From Actinomycetota bacterium (GTDB lineage Bacteria > Actinomycetota > UBA4738 > CALAEC01), in assembly GCA_036833435.1 (NCBI GenBank), contig DAITPV010000001.1, positions 1-43,318 on the forward strand: DNA of 43,318 bases, given 5' to 3'. Each line of letters begins with the position of its first letter. Positions within the stretch are counted from its first letter, which is position 1. The translations under genes and the position numbers were made by a program. Shown one piece after another: positions 17,090 to 24,013 of the stretch. The notes beneath the pieces were generated by a model. The model had not been told where the DNA came from and did not search any database. It saw nothing but the letters and a program-made list of their open reading frames with translations.

Positions 17090-17802
17090 ACGAGACCTGG
17101 CGGCGGCTTCGCGCATACCTGACGGGTAACTCGGAGGTTGCCGAGGACTTGGCGATCCCGGCTGTCGAGGACGTTCCTTGGGTTCAGGCGGCCGCGCAGG
17201 ACCCCGAAAGTGCTGACTACGCAGTCGAGGCAGCGAAACGCAGCGCGGATTTTGCGAATTCAGCCGTCAGTCAGGTTCAAGACAAGGCCTCTGCCCTGCT
17301 AAGCGTCACCCTGGTCCTGATTCCGTTTGCAGCCGGAGCCTTGGCTGTCGCCTCGTCTCGAGAGAACTCGTGGCTTCGTGTGATCTCGATTGGATGTTTC
17401 GCCTTCGTAGCCCTCGCCCTGGCGTGGGCGGCTTTGCGTGCGTTCTTAGCGTCCGGATCAGTACTTGGAGGAGGACTCAACATCGCGCGCCTTTCACGCT
17501 CAGGTGATGACTCCGCTGCATCGCTAAAGACCAGGGAGGCCCAGACATGGCACTGGTCTGCGCAGGTCGCGATGGAGGTCGCCACTCGCAGATCTGGAGA
17601 CCTGTTTTCTGCACGGCGGGCCCTCATCATCGCGCTTGGATTTGCCGGCCTGGGGACCTTCGCTCTCTCCGTATCCGAGGAGAGAGCTGGCCAACCTCCG
17701 ACTGTGCCGATCGAGCGCGAATCACCGTCTGGAATGAAGACGCACAGCGATTGCGCAGTCGCAGCAACAGGGGCCTCTCCACCGGTTTGCTTGGCTCCCT
17801 GA
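17086..17802 (+). CDS. 3-TM membrane protein, unknown function (candidate membrane effector or exporter/immunity component)
   Basis: The ATG overlaps the ATP-grasp stop as ATGA. A soluble helical N-terminus ends in VQDKASALL and runs into TM1 (LSVTLVLIPFAAGALAV). TM2 is ISIGCFAFVALALAWAALRAFL and TM3 is ALIIALGFAGLGTFALSV. This topology recalls SLATT/Pycsar-type TM effectors, but that is impression only. Confidence 0.55.
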   Translation: MNETWRRLRAYLTGNSEVAEDLAIPAVEDVPWVQAAAQDPESADYAVEAAKRSADFANSAVSQVQDKASALLSVTLVLIPFAAGALAVASSRENSWLRVISIGCFAFVALALAWAALRAFLASGSVLGGGLNIARLSRSGDDSAASLKTREAQTWHWSAQVAMEVATRRSGDLFSARRALIIALGFAGLGTFALSVSEERAGQPPTVPIERESPSGMKTHSDCAVAATGASPPVCLAP

Positions 17803-18180
17803 TCCAAGGCCTGACCGATTCTTTTCTTCAGGTCCTCAGGTTTCCTCACCGGTCCGAGCGGTCGGAAGTTCGTAGTCCTCCGAAGGGTTTCTCAGTCATG
17901 CTCCGGACGCTTGCCGACGATCCAACCTTACAACGCCCTCCTTCTACGAAATCTTTCTCGCGCTCAGCTTCCGGCGGGTGGTGAATGGCGAGTCTATTGA
18001 TTGCATTCCTCTTCCCTCAGATATACAGGCGAACGTCGACCGAATCGTCCGGACCGCTAGCGAAAAAATCTCATCTGCTCTCGCCAGGGAAGCAATTGCT
18101 GCGGAAATTGAAGCGGAGGCCACGTAGGTAATCTCGTCTGGGAAGCTGCGTCACCTCATTACTCTTGCACCTGGCCTGCT

Positions 18181-18648
18181 TTAGTCGTTTCTACCCTGCC
18201 TCTCCAGGTAGATGGGACTTCTAAGGAACCGCCTCGGATGTCGACCTGCAAACATGAGTTCGTGGCGCCGGATCAGGGTCCCTTGCTTGTTCACAAGGTT
18301 GTGTCCTTCGGCGAGAAAATGCCTAATCAATGCGCGCTCCACCAACCTAAGGACTGTATTTAGTTGCTGGCCCTGGCGAGGTCGAACGACACCGGCCAAC
18401 ACGATTCTGGCTCCGGTTTGGGCGGTTCTCAGGTTCTCCACCAGATTGACGTTGTTCAGTTGCTGGTCTACTCGCCTTCGAATCGAACCGCTCGCTTGCC
18501 CTATGTAGATTGCCTCGTAGCGGTTGCCCCAATGCCGGGCGAAGACGTAAACGCCGGGTCTCGTTGGAAGGCTAATGAGGTCGACCGCATAGCCGATACC
18601 CTCTCGTCTGAGGGGAATCGGGCGACTCCACTCAACATAGAGTTTCAT
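18181..18648 (-). CDS. small GIY-YIG-like nuclease domain protein
   Basis: PGVYVFARHWGNRYEAIYIGQASGSIRRRVDQ matches GIY-x10-YIG followed by the conserved Arg. Downstream LVERALIRHF...HNLVNKQG supplies the Glu and Asn positions. It is the last low-GC gene of the island. Confidence 0.55.
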   Translation of the reverse strand: MKLYVEWSRPIPLRREGIGYAVDLISLPTRPGVYVFARHWGNRYEAIYIGQASGSIRRRVDQQLNNVNLVENLRTAQTGARIVLAGVVRPRQGQQLNTVLRLVERALIRHFLAEGHNLVNKQGTLIRRHELMFAGRHPRRFLRSPIYLERQGRND

Positions 18649-18689
18649 CTTGATCTGAGCATAGGGCGCTCAGTTTAGCCTCGCCGTAG

Positions 18690-19110
18690 GTGGACATCCT
18701 TGGGAGCCTCGGGAGTTCCGACTCCAGTCATACAGTCGGCATCTTGTAGACTTCGACCTGAGAGCGGAACTCATTTCTTCGAGGACTTGTCGACGCTCGT
18801 CGTCGGTTCTTCCCGAGGAACAGCACGTCGCGGATGAGGACCTCGCCCATTGACTTGCCGACCACGTCGGCTCGGTGCCGTCGTCGCTGGTCAAGCGCAG
18901 GTCGATCAACGGCATGGCCAGCCATTGCTTGGCCCGCAGGCGAGCACGCTTGATTCTCCGGCAGCTCGGCGAGGCCCCCCTTCACCCACGACAGCGAGCC
19001 TACCTGCCCGGTCTCGGTCCCCTCCATCTGCATGAACATAGGCCTGACCTGGGCGAATACGTAGATGTCAGAGGAGGTAGCTGCGGGCACGCTCACCATG
19101 ATGCGACGCT
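18690..19110 (-). pseudogene. frameshifted internal remnant of an AMP-dependent acyl-CoA ligase, paralogous to 34649-36274
   Basis: Three minus-strand frames together spell RIMVS..., [54 protein letters not shown] and GKSMGEVLIR. The intact ligase reads LRMVTSGG...[66 protein letters not shown]. At least two frame changes are needed, and both gene ends are missing. The boundaries given are approximate. Confidence 0.75.
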
Positions 19111-19232
19111 TGCACCTCGTCCCGCAAGATGCCGGGCTCCTTCCGGATTCCAAGCAACCACTGAGAAGAATTCCGCTGCTGAGCGGTCACCAGGTCATTT
19201 AGAGGCGCTAGAGTGTCGATCTCCTGCAGCGC

Positions 19233-22200
19233 GTGGCGTCCAACCACCGTACGCTCTTCACCGTGGAGACTCGCAAGACTGTCACCTTTGTGTTCAACGA
19301 CGTAGTCGGGTCGACCTCACTCGGCGAACAACTCGATCCGGAGCCTCTTCGGCGGGTGATGACCACTTACTTTGAGAGGATGCGGGCTGTCCTCGAGCGG
19401 CATGGGGGCAACGTGGAGAAGTACATCGGGGACGCGATCGTGGCCGTGTTCGGGATCCCCGAGGTGCACGAGGATGATGCCCTTCGGGCCGTCCGGGCGG
19501 CTTCCGAGATGCGCTCCACGCTCGATGAACTCAACCGCGAGCTCGAGGACCGGCACGGCGTCCGGATCGAGGCACGGACCGGGGTCAACACCGGCGAGGT
19601 ACTGGCCCAGGAGACTCAGGCCGACACCCCCCTGACCGCGGACGTGACGAACACCGCCGCCCGGCTCGAGCAGGCCGCCGGGACCGGCGAGATCCTCATC
19701 GGCGAGTCCACCTACCGACTGGTCCGGGACGCCGTCACCGTCGAGCCCGCCGGCCCACTGGAACTTAAGGGCAAGGCCGCCCCCCAGACCGCCTGGCGGC
19801 TCCTCGAAATCACTCCAGAGGCGCCCGGCGTGGCCCGGAGGCTAGACTCCCCCATCGTCGGGCGGGACCGCGAGCTCTCCCTCCTCCGAGAAGCGTTCGA
19901 TCGAGCCACCCAAGGGCCCTCCTGTCGGCTAGTAACCGTCATCGGCCCCCCCGGCGTCGGAAAGACCCGCCTCAGCGCGGAGCTCATCTCCTGGCTGGAG
20001 GGCCGGGCCCGTGTCCTCCAGGGCCGTTGCCTCCCCTACGGAGATGGGATCACCTACTGGCCCGTTGCCGAGGTGATCCGGGAGGCCGGCGCCATCAGAG
20101 AGGAGGAGGCCGCCGAGGAGGCCGTCGCCAAGATCGCCTCCCTGTGCGGCGACGATGAGGACACCGCGACGATCGCGGAGCGGCTGACCTCGGTCATCGG
20201 CCTGACCGACAACCTCGCCCCGCCGCAGGAGACGTTCTGGGCGGTGCGCCGGCTCCTCGAGGCCATGGCCCGGCACGAGCCGCTGGCGGTGGTGTTCGAC
20301 GACATCCACTGGGGCGAGGCCACGTTTCTCGACCTGGTCGAGTACCTGGCCGGATGGAGCACCGGTGCGCCGATCCTCCTCCTCTGTCTGACCCGCCCCG
20401 ACCTCATGGACTCCAGGCCCGCGTGGGGCACCGCCGTCCCCGACGCGACCTCCATCCGGCTCGACCCGCTCACCGAAGAGGACAGCGAGCGGCTGATCGA
20501 CAACCTACTGGGCCGGGCTCCCCTCGACGAAGAGGTCCGGGCCCGGATCCGCCTAGCCGCGGAGGGCAACCCACTGTTCGTGGAGGAGATCCTCCGAATG
20601 CTCGTCGACGACGGGCTCCTCCAGCTCGACGACGGCCGGTGGGGTGCCGCGGGCGATCTCGAGTCCATCTCCATCCCCCCCACGATCAGCGCGCTGCTGT
20701 CCGCCCGGCTGGAGCGCCTGTCGCGCGAAGAGCTGGCGGTGGTCCAGCGGGCCGCGGTGGTGGGGAAGGTGTTCTGGTGGGGAGCGGTGGCCGAGCTCTC
20801 CCCCGTAGCCGAACAGTCCACGGTGGGGGGTCACCTCCAGGCCCTGGTCCGCAAGGAGCTGGTCCGTCCCGATCGTTCCCGGTTCACAGACGAAGACGCT
20901 TTCCGCTTCAGCCACATCCTCATCCGGGACGCGGCATACGCGGGGACGACCAAAGAGCTCCGAGCCGAGCTCCACGAGGGGTTCGCCGACTGGGTGGAGC
21001 GACGAACGGCCGACCGGATGTCCGAGTTCGAGGAGGTCGTCGGGTATCACCTGGAGCAGGCTCATCGATGCCGAACGGAGCTCGGCCTCGACGGCGAGGC
21101 GATCCCTGGACTGGCCGCGCGGGCGGCGCGCCATCTGGCCTCGGCCGGAGAGCGGGCCCTGAAGCGCGTGGACATCCACGCGGCGATCAACCTCCTGTCT
21201 CGAGCGACGCAGCTCATGGACCGGGGTGACTCCGAGCGCGTGGAGCTCCTCATCGACCTGGTGGAGGCCCTCATGGAGGCCGGCCACATGGACCAGGCGC
21301 GAGAGGTGGTCGAGGAGGCCGCCGCCGAAGTCGAGGCCCGGTCCGACGATCGCCTGGCCGCGCACGTGCTCATGGGCCGGTGGTACATCCGACGGAGCGA
21401 GGGACCGGGGGAGTTCGAGCCCGCCGAGCGTGATGGCCTCGGCGCGGCGGAGGTCTTCCGAACTCATGGAGACGAGCTGGGATTGGCCCGGGCCTGGCAG
21501 ATGGTGGGTGTGGCGAGGTGGTGGGCCGGTCGGGCCGGAGACGCGGAGGACGCGCTAGAGCGGGCCCGTCAGCACGCCCGAGCCGCCGGCGACCCCCGGA
21601 AGGAAGCGGAGAGCCTGCTAACCCTCAGCGCCGTCGTGGCGCAGGGTCCCCGCCCCACCGAGGAGGGGGCCAGCTGGGCGGAAGCGATCCTGGAGGAGCA
21701 CGCGGGCACCCGCACCGTGGAGGCAGCCATGCTCCATACGCTCGCGCACATCCGGGCCTGGCAGGGCCAGTTCGACGAGGCTCGGAGCCTCGCCCGCCGG
21801 TACCGGGAGATCCTCCGGGAGAACGGCCAGGAGGCCAACTGGGCCGACTCCTCAGAGTGCGAGGGTGACGTCCTCCTCATGGCCGGCGACGTCGAGGGAG
21901 CGATCCGGCTCATGGAGGAGGGCCAGCGCCGGTTCGAGGAACTGAATATCACCGACACCACGATCCTCCCCTTCCTGGCCAACACGCTGGTGGCCGCGGG
22001 TCGCTGGGAGGAGGCCGAAGCTCCCGCCCTTCGGTCCATCGAGGGAGGTCATCCCCTGTGGAGAACGCTGGGGCAGACCGTCCTCGCCAGGATACGGGCC
22101 CGCCGGGGGAGAGGAGAGGAGGCCGAGCGGTTGGCTCGGGAGGCGCTCGCCGCCACCCGGAGGTCCGACTATCCGCTCTGGAAGGGCCGCGCGGCTCTGG

Positions 22201-22325
22201 GCCTCGCCGAGGTCCTCGAGCTCCTCGGGAAGGACGGAGAGGTCACCTCGCTCCGCGAGTACGCCCGCCAGGAGTTCGAGCGGAAAGGTGCCAAGGTGCG
22301 GGCCGAGCAGCTCGGCTTCTCCTGA
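19233..22325 (+). CDS. class III adenylate/guanylate cyclase domain fused to a STAND/AAA ATPase and TPR-like C-terminal region
   Basis: VTFVFNDVVGSTSLGEQL...VEKYIGDAIVAVFG...GVNTGEV is cyclase-type. VIGPPGVGKTRL is a Walker A, and VVFDDIHW is a Walker B-like motif. A long helical repeat region follows. Confidence 0.88.
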   Translation: MASNHRTLFTVETRKTVTFVFNDVVGSTSLGEQLDPEPLRRVMTTYFERMRAVLERHGGNVEKYIGDAIVAVFGIPEVHEDDALRAVRAASEMRSTLDELNRELEDRHGVRIEARTGVNTGEVLAQETQADTPLTADVTNTAARLEQAAGTGEILIGESTYRLVRDAVTVEPAGPLELKGKAAPQTAWRLLEITPEAPGVARRLDSPIVGRDRELSLLREAFDRATQGPSCRLVTVIGPPGVGKTRLSAELISWLEGRARVLQGRCLPYGDGITYWPVAEVIREAGAIREEEAAEEAVAKIASLCGDDEDTATIAERLTSVIGLTDNLAPPQETFWAVRRLLEAMARHEPLAVVFDDIHWGEATFLDLVEYLAGWSTGAPILLLCLTRPDLMDSRPAWGTAVPDATSIRLDPLTEEDSERLIDNLLGRAPLDEEVRARIRLAAEGNPLFVEEILRMLVDDGLLQLDDGRWGAAGDLESISIPPTISALLSARLERLSREELAVVQRAAVVGKVFWWGAVAELSPVAEQSTVGGHLQALVRKELVRPDRSRFTDEDAFRFSHILIRDAAYAGTTKELRAELHEGFADWVERRTADRMSEFEEVVGYHLEQAHRCRTELGLDGEAIPGLAARAARHLASAGERALKRVDIHAAINLLSRATQLMDRGDSERVELLIDLVEALMEAGHMDQAREVVEEAAAEVEARSDDRLAAHVLMGRWYIRRSEGPGEFEPAERDGLGAAEVFRTHGDELGLARAWQMVGVARWWAGRAGDAEDALERARQHARAAGDPRKEAESLLTLSAVVAQGPRPTEEGASWAEAILEEHAGTRTVEAAMLHTLAHIRAWQGQFDEARSLARRYREILRENGQEANWADSSECEGDVLLMAGDVEGAIRLMEEGQRRFEELNITDTTILPFLANTLVAAGRWEEAEAPALRSIEGGHPLWRTLGQTVLARIRARRGRGEEAERLAREALAATRRSDYPLWKGRAALGLAEVLELLGKDGEVTSLREYARQEFERKGAKVRAEQLGFS

Positions 22326-22329
22326 CATC

Positions 22330-23298
22330 TCAGGGCGTGGCCGGAGTCCGGAGCTCCTCGATCGATGGCGGGTTCGCCGGTGCCACGAGCTCCCGTGTCG
22401 TACCGAGCTCGGAGTACGTGACCGTGTACGTCCACGCCGGCCAGGTCACGGCGATCTCCCGGACGATGCCGTCCGCCCCCACCGTCATCTCCATGTCGAG
22501 AAGAGAAGCGGGATCTGCGGCTTCGTCGTGAGCGACGTACCCGAACGGCAGGACCCGGATGTGCTGGCCCTCCTTGAATCCCGTCTCCCTGGCGATCTGC
22601 CCGGCCGCCACACTGCCGCTGTAGACAGTGGCGCCGTCGTCGAGGGTGCGGGTGGTCAGCCCGGTCATGGCCTCAGTGATGCGGCGCAGCGTCTTGCCGC
22701 CGATGTCCTCTTGAACGGCAGCGAGGTGCTCCGCAGGCGTCGTGCCGCTGTCCGGGTCGATGACGTCCGGGCTGCCGAACTCGACCCAGCCGCCCATCCC
22801 GGGGTCAATGCCGTAGAGGATCCCGTCGACGACCAGGAACTCCACTCCAGCCTCGGCTGGGGCATCCCGCGAGACTTCAACGTCTTCGTCGTTCCATCGG
22901 ATCGTTTTCCCGCCCAACAGCTCGCCGTGATGAGTGATCCGGACGATCGCGGTGCCCGACTGCTCGGCGGAGGCGGCTGAGACCGAAGCAGCTTGTTTTA
23001 CGGCGGCAGCCGCGCTCTCGATGCCCGGACCCCCGCCCGGCGATCCGAACGTCAGGAACGCCACCGCAGCCGCAGCCACGAGCGAGGCAAGCGCTGCGGA
23101 GACCCCGGCGAAGCGACGCCGGAGATGTGATGGCTTGATGGGACGTGCCGGCTCATGGAGGTCCCGGGTGTCTTCCGCCACGGCGGTGGCGATCCGGGTG
23201 TCCGTTGCCTCCACGGCAGCCTGGATGGACTGGGTGAAGTCGGCCCGGGCGCGAGGGTTGGCTCGACGCAGGATCTGCAAGCTGTCGGACATGGTCAT
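22330..23298 (-). CDS. single-pass membrane protein co-transcribed with the ECF sigma factor (possible anti-sigma / LolA-like extracytoplasmic domain)
   Basis: The ATG overlaps the sigma gene stop as ATGA. It has a cytoplasmic N-terminus, a TM segment (FAGVSAALASLVAAAAVAFLTF) and an extracytoplasmic domain of about 230 aa. No zinc-finger anti-sigma motif is present. Confidence 0.5.
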   Translation of the reverse strand: MTMSDSLQILRRANPRARADFTQSIQAAVEATDTRIATAVAEDTRDLHEPARPIKPSHLRRRFAGVSAALASLVAAAAVAFLTFGSPGGGPGIESAAAAVKQAASVSAASAEQSGTAIVRITHHGELLGGKTIRWNDEDVEVSRDAPAEAGVEFLVVDGILYGIDPGMGGWVEFGSPDVIDPDSGTTPAEHLAAVQEDIGGKTLRRITEAMTGLTTRTLDDGATVYSGSVAAGQIARETGFKEGQHIRVLPFGYVAHDEAADPASLLDMEMTVGADGIVREIAVTWPAWTYTVTYSELGTTRELVAPANPPSIEELRTPATP

Positions 23299-23906
23299 GA
23301 CCCTCCTTCTCGGATCGGAGCCGCCCGCATTACGCGGGCGACCGGACGGCGCTGCCGCGAACCATTCGATGACTGCAAGCCCTGGGGATCAGGAAGGTGG
23401 TCTCGCTCAGCCATCTCCTCGTAGACAGCGCGGAAACGGCGCCGGGCCCTGTGCAGCCGCCCCCTTGCAGTGACCGTGAGGCACCCCATCACGACAGAGA
23501 TCTCGGAAGGCGACAGGCCCTCCCATTCAGCAAGCAGGAGGACCTCCCGATCGACGGGCCGCAGGTGACGAAGCGCCTCGCGCACCAGCGGCGCCTCATG
23601 GCTGGACTCGCCTTCATCCGAAGTGCTCACGGCCTCGAGGGCCAGACGCTCCTGGAGGGCGGCGCGGCGGCGGCTCGAGCGTCGCTGGTTGGCGATCACC
23701 CGGCGGGCGGTTGCGTACAGCCACACCCGAGCCAATTCGCCTTCGGGCACCTCATGCAGCCGGCGCCAAGCTGTCAGGAACACCTCCGCAACGGCGTCCT
23801 GAGCGTCGCTCGGAGAACCGGCCCGCCAGCTGCAGAACGCGGTGATGTCTGCGCCGTGCGAGGCGAACAGGTCGTGGAATCGTCGCCTGAGCTGGCTATC
23901 CCTCAT
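23295..23906 (-). CDS. ECF-type RNA polymerase sigma-70 family factor
   Basis: Region 2 is DAQDAVAEVFLTAWRRLHE...WLYATARRVIANQRR. Region 4 is LLAEWEGLSPSEISVVMGCLTVTARGRLHRARRRF. I chose the start at MRDSQL (23906) rather than the track start at 23948. Confidence 0.85.
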   Translation of the reverse strand: MRDSQLRRRFHDLFASHGADITAFCSWRAGSPSDAQDAVAEVFLTAWRRLHEVPEGELARVWLYATARRVIANQRRSSRRRAALQERLALEAVSTSDEGESSHEAPLVREALRHLRPVDREVLLLAEWEGLSPSEISVVMGCLTVTARGRLHRARRRFRAVYEEMAERDHLPDPQGLQSSNGSRQRRPVARVMRAAPIREGGS

Positions 23907-24013
23907 CACTCTTACTGTGTCCGGGGGGCCCGTGATCGTTCGACCCACCGGGACATTCTCCCCCGCTCGCCACAGCGACCTGCCAAGAGCCCGGGTTCGG
24001 CTCTACGATTCGG

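Noticed and set aside
17849-18056. Imperfect long-range inverted repeat CCGGTCCGAGCGGTCGG (17849-17865) / CGACCGAATCGTCCGGACCG (18037-18056) that could flank a small element
   Set aside because: Only 6 to 7 bp blocks pair, and they are GC-rich, so a chance match is likely in this composition. There are no target-site duplications or internal features.
18670-19375. Track ORFs 18670-18915(-), 18728-19153(-), 18850-19035(+) and 18875-19375(+) as separate genes
   Set aside because: The minus-strand pair are pieces of one frameshifted ligase relic. The plus-strand ones are its antisense shadows.
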